DNA of 64,000 nt, taken from positions 28,988,150 through 29,052,149 of the forward strand of contig NC_134026.1 of assembly GCF_964204645.1 (NCBI RefSeq), given 5' to 3'. The position numbers and the translations under genes were made by a program. Shown piece by piece: positions 23,601 to 38,000 of the stretch; the stretch's first letter is position 1, and each line of letters starts with the position of its first letter. Under the pieces are notes generated by a model, which was not told the DNA's origin, ran no database searches, and saw nothing but the letters and a program-made list of their open reading frames with translations. The DNA comes from Tubulanus polymorphus (lineage: Eukaryota > Animalia > Nemertea).

Positions 23601-26600
23601 TGGCTTTTTATGATAATATTCCATGAAATAAACCATATTTATATGTTTTAGCTCGAGGTATATTTGATGACTACCACACCCGTTTGGGATGTCATAAATA
23701 ATTTTATGGCTCTAAGGCCTTTTTTAACCTGATGCAAAGTTACATAAATTTGTCCTATAAATGTTTTTATTAAAAATATGAGTGCATTTTGCTTGACACT
23801 GATAACGTTTTTATTCCGAGACGGAATATTTGCCAGGTATATAAGTGATACCCAATTGGACAGGATGATGATAGATGTACTGATTCACCCAGCTTCTGAA
23901 CATACATCATTTTGAATGCTCGTTAAGTTCTCCTTTGACCGATGATTACTGCTTCGGTCAGTTCTATATATATATATATATCTCCATATGATATATACAG
24001 TTCCACGTGTTGCCTGTAGGACTTTAGATCTGAATAAGTTGACCATTCCTCAGATCGTCCCATCGTCCATATATCATGCTTCATAAAATCTACCTCGGTG
24101 CTGTAACCCCTGGTACTGATTTCCTGTTACTATGGTGACACTACGCGCTAGGGCTGTTACACGCTGATAAGTATGCTCACGACGAGTCGAGTCTCGTCAA
24201 ACCCGTATTATTGCCATTATTGATTTGAGTATTGACGTCAGCACCAAATGCGTGGGTAGTTACGTCCTAAATCAGACAATCTGAATGTGCAATTATCCAG
24301 CTCCGAGGGCTAAAAATAGCACGCAGACGGCTATTTATAGCATCAGCGTTCTAATTTTAAAGCTGCTGATAGCCCTGGTTGGTTATTTTGCGACTGGTCG
24401 TAGTTTATTGCTGGGGACTTGATTAAAAACATCACAGCATGCATGCTTTAACATTGACAGCTGATTTATCAACCCTAACCCCTTTCACCGGTTACCTGTT
24501 AATTGATTGTACATCTATGAATTTGCAGCTTATAGTTACAACACTCCCTTTTATGACCGGTATTACATGCATTACCTCTGTATAAGATTGATTACAGTCA
24601 TTAAGTTTTATTTTGCATTTCTATCAATACAGATGGCAGTAAGATAAGAGTTAGTTTTGTGGGGTAAGGGTTTTCAGATGCGGACATATCATAGATATAT
24701 TAGGTGTAGAGATGTGTCCCATGTAGAAAATGTATCAATGAGTTTTGAATTAATTCTTTTCTTTCAAAGATTAACTCCTATTAACATTGCCCTAGGTTTC
24801 CTCGATATCCTTCTTTCATTATAACATCTCAATATTGTCGGAAATGAATAGACGGTTTTTAATCTTGGAAGCAAATGATACAGAAATCTTTTTACATCTT
24901 GACTCCGGGCAGGATTAGAACTATGTTCAGAATGTTAGATCGTTTTTTATTAGAAATACTTTCTTATTCTATTTCTTTTCAAATTTGGTATCTATCTGTA
25001 TAAGGTATCGTATATTACAGGGGAATGATCTGAAGGCTGGTATTTCTACTGGTGATATTCAGAAAGGGACCGTAATTACAGGTGAGTATACAACCATGAA
25101 ATATCATCCATGACAGCGAAATATAAATAGCTTGCAGTCAGGCAGTGGGGTTACAGTGTGTCCCGAGGGAAGGATTGTCAGGAAATGAGTTTAATGCATT
25201 AACATACATGTCACTCGTATTGATAAAACCTCGCTCTTTTGCGTTCATTTTTAGCCATTTCAAAATATCAAGCATTTTTGTTTTGATAACTGAATTATTG
25301 TCGATTTTTTCAGACATCGTCAACCACCTAAAGTTGACGCATGAGTAAGTTTATAAAAACCTATTACGAACGGATGTCGATCGCGAAGTAACAATCGATC
25401 AAGTGATGTTTTCTCGGGGTGTGATATTCTACCCATTGTCGTGTCCAGTTAGTTTGTCTATTGTTCTACGCTGGCGCCCATAGTTGTCGCTGCATACGCT
25501 TGACACATCATTGTGATGGACACTTATCTCGTTGTCAGTAACACTTGTAATTATGCGAGTACATCTTCACCGGACATGACTGCGTGTTAGCGCGGATATT
25601 GTTATCTCGGTGGCGATCCACTTTGGACCGTTGATGATTCTGTAGGCTAAAAGGCTAGCTAGGGTTCAGTGGCGGTCAATAAAAAACCCGCTGGACCTAT
25701 TGTGAACGCACGTGTCGGTCGGTGGTACTCTGGATTTGCATGCATCGACTGAACGCCTGTGACGATGTGTTTAGCAACAATAACAATAGCTACTAAGTGT
25801 CAGACAATGAACGAGTCGGACAAGTTGGCTCAATCCACTAATTTACACAATTATGATGAGAAGCCAAGCTGAAATGTTATTTTCATGAAGATAAGTTTTT
25901 TGTTCAGGTTGAGTTATCTGCTAAATGAACTATAACATTTTATATAAAAAGACAGCGGTGATATATTTAAACAAAGATGACAGTGGATTCTTCGAGGATA
26001 TCAGCCGCGATCACACGCAGTCAAAATTAGGCCATGCCTAAATCACTGACTTACAAAAATGCTATCAAAACTATGCTGTGGCAAGGGAGTTTCCAGATCA
26101 AGCATTCAAACAGAATAATTTGATCCATGCCAAAATTTGTCACAGACATGGTCCGACATTTTTGGTCAGGCCTAGAGCCTAGTTTGGCCCATATCAACAG
26201 GCACGTGCCATTTGGCACCTTTCATACGGGCCAAATGTGGCCTCTACCAGTTGCAATAAACACTGTGATTTAGGGTATATATAGCCTTCATTCCTAAACC
26301 TTCTGAAAGTCTTCTATTGAACTTGAGTAGTATTTTTTTCATTAGAAATCTCTATGTCAAAATACTGGAGATTGAATTTTGTTTCTGTTAACATCAGATC
26401 AGATCATCTATGCCGTTAAATGATTTCACGAGTTTAGATTATTTGCGATTAGTGCACCATTCTAATTTGTAGATTTAATGATCAAAACATGAAACCCTCT
26501 AAAGAATTGCCTGAAGAGTTTTTATATAGAGAAAGTGTGTCCATGTAGGCGAAGTACAACGGACTCTAATTTTATGGGCAATGGTCCATTATTGATTTGT

Positions 26601-29016
26601 GTAAATCGCTAATTGTCTAAAATGGAATGTCCCGGAGCATGTGAACAGCTACATGTTGACTGTCTGGTGATTGCGTATAATCTATTGGTTCACTTGTTTT
26701 CTTGTATGGAATAGTTAGACACGGTGACTTTTAACGGCACCATCTACACTGTTATAACTATTGTTTGATGCATCAGCTTCCGCGTCGAGCATTGTCATCT
26801 CAGACATCACGACACTATCACACTGTGATGGTATGCCACTAATTAAAATCCAAGTAGTCTAAAATGAAATTCACTGACCCTACACCTTCCTCATGTCTTG
26901 TCAGCTGGGCATACAATAGATAATCCCGAGGAGAACTTTGACCACAGCCTCAGGGAGTAGTTGCCATTTTCTGTATGTGTCATCTTGAAGAAGGGGCGGA
27001 TTTGTTCATGGCTACAATTGAAGCTTTCTATATATGAAAGCAAAAATTCGAATTTTTGATGAAAGTGATAATCAGAGAGAGTTATCATTCTACAAACAAA
27101 CCATTTTTGGCCCAAAATGATGTTTATCTATGTACTGAGGATGAACGGGGATTAGCTAGGACCACAAGTCTCATGGTGATGGTAGGCAAGTTCCAAGTGC
27201 ACATTGTGGCCTTTGTGGTCCAATTATTTTTATAGAACAGACTAATAGCAGCGCACTTAGCGCTTTTTTCAGAAATTATCTATATTCGGCAGTAGATAAT
27301 CTGTTTGCCAATAGTTTTCCATCTATTAAGTTTATTATTGCATATAACACAAATGCGTGGCCTCTGGTCGTATCAAGGATAACTAGTTAGTTGTATCCAG
27401 TCAGTTGACAATAGGTATAGTTCTCTGAATCATACGCTTAAAGTGATGCCTTATTTCCAGCAATCTTTTGAGATTTTTATACAAATATTTATCGACATAT
27501 GTGAGGTCTTCTCCCTGCTGAATGTAAATTGAAAATCTTTGTAAATGATTGTCCTGTGTTCAGTGATAGACTATAGTCTATGGTTCGGTTGACAGGTCTG
27601 AAATTTAACTATTAATGAATTGTGGTCAGATGATATGTGTGGCCTTATACTGACACCGCAGATGTCTTCACAACCATTTTGAAAGAAATTGTTGATCACC
27701 CATTATTTGAAGACGTCAAAGTTTGTACATTGACAATGACAGTTTTTGTGGTTTGACCCTGTTCAGATGTTCTTGTTTATGTTTTAGAAGGGACGTGCTG
27801 ATAATGATAACTTGTGACATTATCAGTAGTATATAAGACCCCCTCGGTTTCACTCTTATAGGAAATGTATTGAAGGTTATGCCTGCAGCATCATGTCATT
27901 TGACAAATTCTTGGAAAATCCTAGATGAGTGGATATCAAATTGGTCCTAACAAGTTTCCAAGTTTCTATTATAAATACAAGTTCACACTTCTTGGTTTAT
28001 TCTTTGAATGGATTCAAAATTGTTGTCAGTTGATCATGGACTCTAAAACGGTGATGAAGTCTTTGTGTCTTCTGCTTTATAGTGAACCAAGTTTGAACTG
28101 TCCTCCACTGTTTGAACCGTAGAATTTACCAAGAAATACTCTTTTAACTCGGTATAACGCCAACACCGGTCAAGTGTTTATGGTACAATATTGAAAATTA
28201 TTCTTAATTGACTGCGTTGTTGAATATCTCTAGCTGTTTTTGTAAAGATCAAAGATCACCGGTCTCACTTAAAACTGATCACCGATTGTCAACTGATCAC
28301 TAATAGACAATGAGCTATATATTCACAATGGATGGACGTGTGGTAGTTGTCGCCTGTAACTCCTATACATCGTCTCTGCCGCTGTCTCAGATGTGGTTTT
28401 ACGCTGTGTGATCAGCAATTGTACGCTATTTAACCTCGATTCACGTTGTCTCAAATATTCTTATATAGGAATACTTGTCAAACATAAACACGATTGTCCT
28501 CGAAATCCGAATATCAAAATTTTCTCTATTGAAATGTGTTAAATGGTTCATATCAATAATGAATGTGTCGGTAGCCTTTTAACTCAGGTGGTCCAATCTG
28601 TCAATACTTGAAACTATTCACTTATCCAAATCATCATTTGATGTCATTTCAAAATTCAAGACCCACCACACGTTGATCCATTACTGTGGAACCAGGTCCT
28701 GTTACTCCATGTGTTGATGTCTTATATAGTTGATGCTGCCGTCTAGAGAAGATTGAATTGGATGCTTTTAGCTTCATCCTGTATTTGATAATTTCTGAAT
28801 ACGTATTTATTTGCAGGTTATGCTTACCCGACCCCACCCGGTGGCACCGGCTTCCACAGATATGAGTTTATGCTATACAAACAGAATACACTTGAAGAGA
28901 TGGATGTGAAACCAGTTATCATGAGAAGTGGTTTTAATTTGGAAGAGTTTATAAAGGATCGTAATCTTGGATCGTGTTCTGCTTCGTGCGTCATTCGAGT
29001 AATGTTTGGAGGTTAA
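19061..29016 (+). CDS. Secreted phosphatidylethanolamine-binding protein (PEBP4-like), 4 exons
   Basis: Exons 19061-19276 (signal-peptide-like MGRVFLMCCLISLCHIYHINS), 20322-20414 (YTLVIVDPDAP...YLHMIVAN), 25021-25081, 28817-29016 (YAYPTPPGGTGFHRYEFMLYKQ...RSGFNLEEF). DPDxP and GxHRY are the PEBP hallmarks. Confidence 0.9.
19729..19784 (+). repeat. Dispersed repeat shared with ~61246-61298
   Basis: TGGTTTGTGAAA.TATCCGATCGTG.AACTAAACCACA.ACAGGTTACTGACTA occurs at both sites. Confidence 0.8.
20633..20688. repeat. (TA)28 microsatellite
   Basis: Direct observation. Confidence 0.98.
20742..21541 (+). repeat. Local ~330-bp direct duplication in PEBP intron 2
   Basis: 20742-21072 is nearly identical to 21198-21541; the intervening 21081-21191 recurs at 24898-25008. 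Confidence 0.9.
26038..26275. mobile_element. MITE with CCTAAATCAC...GTGATTTAGG termini
   Basis: Terminal inverted match. The left end CCTAAATCACT..TTACAAAAATGCTATCA is also found around 7224-7620, split by another MITE. Confidence 0.55.
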
Positions 29017-32000
29017 CTTTGAGTCCACAGCGTTTTGCCATTCTTTTATTTTCGGGTTGAGCTTCGGTAAAATGAACAGCAGATTTTGCTCTTTGTCTTC
29101 GAGGGAATTCGAGATATGTTTTACTTGTGGTTCTAGTGATGTTCTCGGTTTGGGATTGGCGCGATTTTGTTTTGGGTTTTCTTGGATATTTCGAATTTAG
29201 CTCATAATCGTAGAACACCCAAAATAGAACCTAAGCTAGAAATTGTATAATGTGCAATCATGGACTCTCAAACGAAGTCCACGTCTAAAATACATGAAAC
29301 CATTGCTGTGCCTGTGATAACCTGTTGTACTATTGTTAAATTACGTTTCCTATTTCCCCACTTTTCTCTTCCTTGTCTACTGTTACTGTGTATGTCTTGA
29401 ATTCAAGCATAATTACCACCTATTGAATATAGTTTTTCTGATATTCACGCGTAAGAGATTATGTAGTAAACTGACGTGTAATATACATATAATTGAAGTA
29501 TTAAGGATCCACGTGTAATGAGAATATTATTTATTCTTTCTTGATGCCATTTACTTCGCCTAAACGCTTGTTTGGCGCACTGGTGATAGGTTGTTATTCA
29601 GTCAAATGCCAAAATAAATCATATATTCTACGTTATCTAGTTCGTCTTCTGTAATATTTTCTATGGAATGATTGCCCAAATCTGTTTATTGAACGCTATG
29701 CTGTTCTATAACATTAAAAGATTTTCAGTTGATCATCTGTATGGGCTCCGCGTACCTACGAGTATCACCTTCCTAGCGATATCAATTTTGGAAAAAAATT
29801 CAATCCAAAACTTGCTGATTTTCCACCTCGCATACCTCGGACCATGGTGTATAAACTAGATTAAGTGTACGTTTTAGATCCCGTGTTCAGACCTGCAGGC
29901 GAATAGCTCGTAGCTCGGACTGTCCCAAGATATCCGACGTACACAGAGTGCACTCACTGAGTAGATGTTTGACTTGAAGCAAGTGATGAGGATTTTGTGG
30001 AAGTGAAGAAAGAAGACACCCTGTTACGTATATATATCTGGAACCAAGAAGTCTCGTAGATCTCTGACAACAGACTCCATAAATGTAATCCGATCGTTGA
30101 CTAACCTGCAGCGCTGATGAATATCTCATTCACAGCGAAGGTTGAAGGACAGGTCTTCAAAATAGGATTAAATGACATCATTAAAACGTCATAAACGAGG
30201 ATATAGATATATTATATGATGCATTGTACAAGTGATAGTAGTATCAAACACCAGCACGTCGAGTGATACTCACGGTTTTTTCCAATATTTTAGTAATTCA
30301 ATAACTTGACAATCATAATCAGAAGACAGATCGTTTTAACAGACATTTTGACGGACCACGTTCGTTTTAATCTATAGTATATTTTTCACTCATCAAGACT
30401 TTTTTTATTTCTCCTTACATTTTTCTTTGAATCATTGATTTTGAACCACAGGATTCGTAATACATATTTTGAGAAAGAAAGGTCTGTACAATATAATTAT
30501 TCGAAATCGCTTCACGAGTTTAGTATGAAAATTAGTGAATAACTAATGATAAGATATTCTAGTGATTCATCGATATTTCTATAATCCAGTTGTGATTTTG
30601 ATCCCCAATCATTATGTGGACCCTCAAACTCTAACCATTTATGGGCAAGATGACTGATGTCGTCCGACCGGCGTGTGTGATTGTACTATACACGTGCCAC
30701 TGCACGCTGAGACCACTTCGACGCTGAGCTATATAAAAAAAAACGTAAATCTCAGCTAAAATTCTATCAGAAACTAACAATTGTGGCCAACAGCAATATG
30801 CATTGTGACATCATTTATTCTCATAAAATAGCGGATACATTCACTACATTTTTATGAAGTAAAAAATGGCCCAATTCAACAAAAGGAAACAAAATTCACT
30901 GTTGCATGACCTAAAACTAAATGTACACCGCGGTATACTACATCACATCGTTCTATTATCCTCAGGGGATAAATATCGGCATTGTTGCTTTTGAAAAAAT
31001 CTTCAGATCTCATAAAACTCCAAGGATTTGATATTATTATTGTGGGAATGATTAACCGGTAGTGTCCCATGGGAATTAACTTTTTGATTCAGGTGACTTT
31101 ATGAATATCAATAGATCAGTTAAGAGGATTAAAAAACTATTTTGACTGCAGACGCCCCCTAGTCAAACTGAACGCCCTCTTTTTTTAGATGAATCTTGAT
31201 TTTGAATATGGATTATACCACAAAACTACGACTTGGTTGTAAACATACTTGTCTTCATCAGAAAGCAATGAAAACGAACAGCGATTCGAATGCCGCAGAA
31301 AATTGGTCAATTTTTAAAAAGAAAAGATTCAATCTTTATTCAGCATAAACGTTTAACATTGGAACTGATATATGTAGAATCAACCCATGTCTAACGCGCA
31401 ATACAATTAAGCATGAATAACCCCATACTAATTACAGATAAGAGTTATGTATTTTGATTCCATATTCGAGCCTGCAGAAAAGAGAAGTCTAACTTAAGAT
31501 ATTGTTGATAAGATGGATTTTAGTATTTATATCGTCACACACAATACAGTGACGTCTACTCAAGTTCTCGCTGCTAAGTTTCACAGTAGTCTATTTGAGA
31601 CGCGCGAAATGACAAGAGAGCTCTCCTTTATAACCAAACACAAATTATTATCATTTTCCAAGTTATATCGCTCCGGTGTAGATTTCATTAGTGATGTTTC
31701 TATCTTGTCTATATCGTTTCGGTTTTCAGTCATGTAGAAAGATTGTTTTAGATGTATTAATTCCACTGAACGATATCGGAACGGAATGGTGGAATTGGCG
31801 TCAATTTGATCACGTCGTGTATCACTAGTCGGTGACGCTGTCTGCCAGTAGTTTTACTTGGCTTTAAAAATGATCTCAAACAAAAAGATTCATCTATACA
31901 ATAGCCATTGAATCAACCGTAGATTCTAAAACGAATCGTTTGAGAGTCCATGAATCGACCGTGGATTCTAAAGGTATTCTAACTATCTAATGAATTGAGT

Positions 32001-35000
32001 TGCCAATTTATCTATCATATAAAGTTTGATTCTTTCATTCGAAATGTTGAGGTAACTTTGATTATCAGACAGTTTGACTAATGATACATTCATAATAACC
32101 AATGATTTAAAACGTTTTCTATAGATAGAAAACCTCCTCCAGAAACAGAAACACGAGACACGTTTGAAAAATGGTTCATTGATTCCATCTGCCAAAATAG
32201 GAATGATCGAAACTTCAACACGTGAAAATGATTTTCTATCAGATCTGAATAAATATCATCTGCTCATTTTGTAATAAAGAAACTTCATTAATCAATCTGT
32301 TTTATATTTATCTTCGTGATAATATAAAACAGTCGAAACGTTAATCCTCCCAGTGAAGTAGTCATCAACGTGCGTTAAGACTTTAAAAAGCACGGTATAC
32401 CATTAACCATTCAAACATTCATAAGCTTGAATCTAAAGCGATTACTTAATAGATGTTCCATTTAGATTTTAAACAGTGTCTTCTCGAGTACATAAAACGT
32501 AGGATCTATTTTAGAATATGTAACATATGTACGTACGTACGTACGTTGGTGACACCTGGCATAACCTCAATCATCGCGACTTATACAATCTGTTTTTATT
32601 TTTTGAACCGATGATATAAATGTAACTCAGGTTTTTTAGACATCCCTATACACCTGAACTGATGGGAACTAGAAATAAAATATCGTTGCCTTCGAGACCA
32701 CCTGTTTTATCCTGTTGTTTGTTGTACACCTGTTTTGTGGGAAATTAATACGATTCTATAATGTCTTTAAGTTAGTTTTAGGCTCCATATTTAGTCATTA
32801 ATGTATATGTCTCGGGCACTTGTTACCTGATTTGTTAGTTTTATGCGCCAAAGCAACCGAACTTGTCCGATCTCTTGTATTGATGAATGATTTCACCAAC
32901 ATCTGGGATAGTACTGAATTCTTACTCCATATATGGATGTCAACTATATCTTATTTTTACTAAATTCAATTCAATTCACCAATTGACATTTAGACACCGA
33001 TAGAAAAGACATGAAAAATGAGTAACACCCGCGTATCTATACATTTATGTATAAAATGTATTGTGACTAATTCATCAGATTTAGATATGTCGCCATCTTT
33101 GCCAACTGTGCAGATTATTTCAGTGATTTTACATTCATTATGACTTGTTGCGGGTGATTCATGTATATTTGTAATCTGGGTGGGATAAAATGGTATTATC
33201 GAACTGTCTGCTTTTGCGAATCGTAGGAGGAATATGATAGTACACGCGTTATTTTCGTGTATCATTTGTTTGATATAAAGAAACAATTAAAATAGATATA
33301 ACTCAATAACGTTATTAGCAGGAAGCACTCAGCTCTGATGAAGATAGAAACACGATAATTCTTTATTTCTATATTCTACTTCAATAAGATCTATCCGAGT
33401 TGAAATACGAATGCTGAATATTTCATAAAACGGACGGTTTTATTCTGGTTGCTGCCTCTTTACGTAGTGTATTTTATCAAAGCCCTCTGTGACCCAGTTT
33501 ATAAGAATATCCCACCTGTAATTGATGAGGCTGATGCATTAACAATTTTAATGTTCGCGAATTGAAAAATATCTCCATTATATATCGCTATTATTTGTGC
33601 TTTGTAAGCGCGTGTCCATGGTTGCATTGATGGTATTTTGTGATGTCACGAATGTCGCTGTGATGTCACACAGTTTTACTATTGGAATGAATGACATTTT
33701 GAATTTCAAATGAACCAGATGAACAGGTTGTGTTTATATGTTTACCTATAAAACGGGGATGGTGAACCGAAATTCCCACAATCTCGACTTGACGTCGAAC
33801 TGACCTTTCCACCCTGACATTGTAACATGAATGAAGCGTTACCACGTGAAAAATATCTTCAATCCTGTAATGTATTTACACCAATTTTAAACGTATAGAA
33901 CAAAATCATTGAAATAGAAAACTTGATAGATTAGCGTAATCTAGCTAAAAGAATTTTTATTATTTTTAAATGTCTGTACTTTGAATGGACGGTGTTTTAC
34001 AGGTGAACTGGCAGTTGTTTGTTATTTAGGGATGATATAAGTGCGTTTTTCCCAGTGTTTGCGTTGAATGGTCTTAAAAATCATCAATAGGACACGAGTT
34101 CTCAATGTCAGGGCATCAGTCCGTGGGAACGACAGTCGTCCAATGATGAGCTTGGGAAAGTTAGATCATCTACCTGTAAACAGATTGTATCAGCGAGTTT
34201 TCAATTGGTTGAAGAACGCCCCAACCACAAAACTGACAAATGATTGGTTTTTGGAGATCAAGAGGTCAAACATAGACAGAAAACACACATCGACAGAACC
34301 AAATTCATTTTTATGCTTATGCCCTATTTATACGTCATCAACATTCGTTTATGAATACCAAACGGTTTTCCAATTTCATTTTCTGTTTTTGGGATTCAAC
34401 GCTCACCAAATCCACAGTTTCAGAAAATCATCGAAATAAAAATGTTCAACGGAATTTTGCAGGATGTGTCTAATTTGCTGTTTGGAGAGTATTCCACATT
34501 GAAATCATGTATAAATCTCACGAAGGTATTCATTTATATATAGTCATTTCCACAACCCAATAATTTAACTCCAGATTCAAATGGGTTAATAGGGAAATAC
34601 ATAGAACAAAATCCACACTTGACAAGCTGATACGTGTATCATACAATTTTACAATGTTTTAACCGAGTAATTCAATCTTATCGATAATTTCTGTGTGTAA
34701 TTATATATGTTATGGTTAAGGGCAGAAAAGTAAAAAATTGATTGTCGAATGTGTGTGTTCTGACAATGACGAATCTACATTAAAAATACCAAATTATTCG
34801 ATATAGGAATATCATAATGACGTAGCGATTGTGAATATGACGTTAATGACGTAATGGAATAATTATTATAGTATTATAGTTTCGACATGCATTATTAATA
34901 CATTGATAACATATGTTTCACTCTTGTTTTGTTACTGCGACCCTATACGTACTGTATAAAGGTACCATCAGTGTCGCTTATGACGCACTTCATTCTGGAT

Positions 35001-38000
35001 CAAAGCGCGTGTATTCAGTACGAACTGCCAGGGGTTTATGATTAGCCTAAAGAGACATGTAGATTTATGAAATTAAATCGGTACGTTTAGGTCAGTCTGT
35101 AAAAACCGTTAGCGTCGTACTTTTTGAAAGTGACCCGTGCTGGGTCCTCTAACTATTTGATCGTTTTTTTTTTCTTATCATAATTCGGTGCAATTGAAAC
35201 CAAATTCTCTGTCAAAACTCCTCCAATTCGTAAGGCTGAATCTTATTTATGCAATTTGTATGCTGACCTTTCTTTCTTCCTATAATGTTTGTCAATCAAC
35301 TATGAAAATGTGTTTCTGAGAAAATTGCTTCATATTATGCCAACATGTGTATTTTTCATACGAAATCGGTGCTATTGGTATATATGATGTAGAAATATAC
35401 CTTTGTTTTGATGAAATTTTATCTTAGTTTAATAAATGTCGATTAAACAGGCGTTTTGCGCTAATAAAAGATAATTTGAAGTAAGCGACTCATAAACTCG
35501 TTGAGGTTCGAGGGCTATGAGTGGTTCGTTTGAATACATTGATTGTCTCTCCAGGTTTTTTACCGATGGCAGTCAGAGCATCTTTGACATTTTGTGGGTC
35601 TATACATGTTTTGAACCTATGAAAATGGTATATCTTGTTTCTAATTTGATTAAGTTTCATCTTATGCTCCGTATCAGCTAGGACCAACAATACTACTCCA
35701 GGACCAACACTCTCTAGCTTCCAACTCGATGCGATGAATCCATGAAGTACACCATTAAGCATTACATTTGATATCTTAGACATTATTTCGATCTGATGTT
35801 TTTTCAAAGATGTATTTAAGACTCTATGCAGCTTGCGTGAGCGTGTTGGCACATTAGGTGGGTTGTTGCTGTATACACGTAGGCGGATAGCAGTCTTTTT
35901 CTGTCACAATTGTAGATGATGGAATAAGGCCTGGACATCATTTTATCACTGCCTCCGAATATATATTGATCTATTTCAAATTCTGACTATTGAAGTTTTA
36001 AGTTTGGAGTTTAGAAGCGGCGCGTTAACGGTGCTCCGATCTGGAATAGGTGGGCGGCTCCATGTACTCAATGAATGGTTCAACAGCTGCGATCTGATCA
36101 TCTTCATCATCACCACCATCATCATCATCATAATCATCATTGAAGATTGATACAAATGTTTAAACCGGATCAGATTCCTGCTCTTATACAACAAGGTATC
36201 ATTAATGCTTTACGCAATATTGAAAGATTCGCGGTAAGAATTGCATATATAGATATTTCGTGGTGTTCATCGTTACAGTGTTTCTCTGTGTTACTCGTCT
36301 CACGTGTTGAAAGATATTTTTAGTCAACTCATCGATTACTTGACATTATTGAATAGATGTAATCAGGAAACTGATGACGTACAGTTCTTTCGACTCTGGC
36401 ATTTTAATTTCTTTGATGGCTCGGAAGCTCCGCACAAACTTAGAATAAGCTATACACAATCTATAAACATCTTTTACATGAAAAGCATAATATCTTGCAT
36501 CCTCTTTCTGTAAAAACATCGTGATGGATTTCTTTGAAAAGTGGTAGCGATTATTTCAGTTAAATTGGTAGCTGTTTCGGCTTAGGCAGTTCTAATCGGT
36601 AAATTAGCAGTAAATTACAAACATGTTACGTCACGGAGAATTCATTGTGTCAGATGATTAGCGCGAAAAACGGTTTATTTTCGTATACATTAGAAAATGG
36701 ATAATTTAGATCGAGTTTACTCGAGACCTGGTCCAAGACTCGCTTTCAATTCTAAGCGTTTGAACAATCGTGATTTTTGAAGCCGGTCTCGTGTTCTCTC
36801 CTCGAATTGTATACGTATTGTTAATGATGATATTTCATGTATCGAAGTTGGTTGAATATGTGTTGATGGACGTCTGAATCGGCTGCCATTGTCTTTCCGA
36901 TTGGTTCATTTTCACAGTTGCATTTTTCGCTGTCAGTCACTCAGCAGTGATTCGATATTAATGACCGCCAGTTGTTAACAGCAGGTGCAGAAGTAGTTGT
37001 AGATTTTTTGGGAGTATCGATGAATTATCAACCCCCACACTTTTGATATTAATTGTCTGGCAATTCCATCTGCTTGGTAGTTTCCAATTATCTTTATCTT
37101 TAGCCATCTTCAGGAAGTTGGATAAAAATTGGATCCAATCAACAGGCACGTGGGGACAATATATCGGAGCACAATATACACTAGTTAAGATTACATGACT
37201 TGGTGTTTTAGATAGGACAGTTATTGTTTTTTAACCTAATGAAATCAAAATGAAATCACCAGTGTACAAACCTTGACACCAGGTCGGCATCGGCTTGACT
37301 ATAGTTTGACCACATCGGTGTCAGATTGAGAATGACCGTGGTGAGCATGACGACTGCAAGTGCGTTGAACGTCAAGGTCATTTCTATAAGTCAACAATAG
37401 ATATTGTCGCTATAGTACTGCTGCTGCTGAGAATCTTTCGTATTGTTTGATAGATTTAGATAATAACCTTGAGAGATATATAAAGTGATCTGCAGTTGTT
37501 GTTAATCAACATAGTTAAAGTCTCGTTTATACTTAGTTTGAAAACAAAAACATGTTCATTTAAACATTGTTTATACCCATCTCGTGTTATCCTATGTAAA
37601 TTGAGCGCGGGTGATTGCATCTCAAGAAATCACAATTTTATTTAGGTATCAAAACTTTTCTGCCGTTTTGGACTACAGGTGCCCGGTGACTGTTCAGACT
37701 AACGCCCACGTACACATCGTTTAATTAACTACAGACATTTTATTAATGCCCAGTTTACTTTCGTTGAATGCAAATTTTATTCAGTTAATCACTTGCGACT
37801 AATAAAAATTCCATTGATTTTCACCCAAGAGCATCTTTCATGTTTTTATTTAAAGAGCATTAAGTTTGCGTTGATTTCCAAAGTCGACGAACAAAGGGTA
37901 ACGTCTTACGATTCCCACATTTTGGACAATTTAACCCGAAGAATCCAGCAACAGAGTGTATGTGTGGGCAGAAAATAGCAGTCTTCCTTTATACTCGATC

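Noticed and set aside
33335-33355. CTGATGA-AGATA-GAAAC hammerhead-like core
   Set aside because: No stem II can form in 5 nt and there is no supporting flank.
36958-37149. Minus-strand peptide IGNYQADGIAR resembling an RNase H motif
   Set aside because: Isolated short match with no other retroelement motifs nearby.
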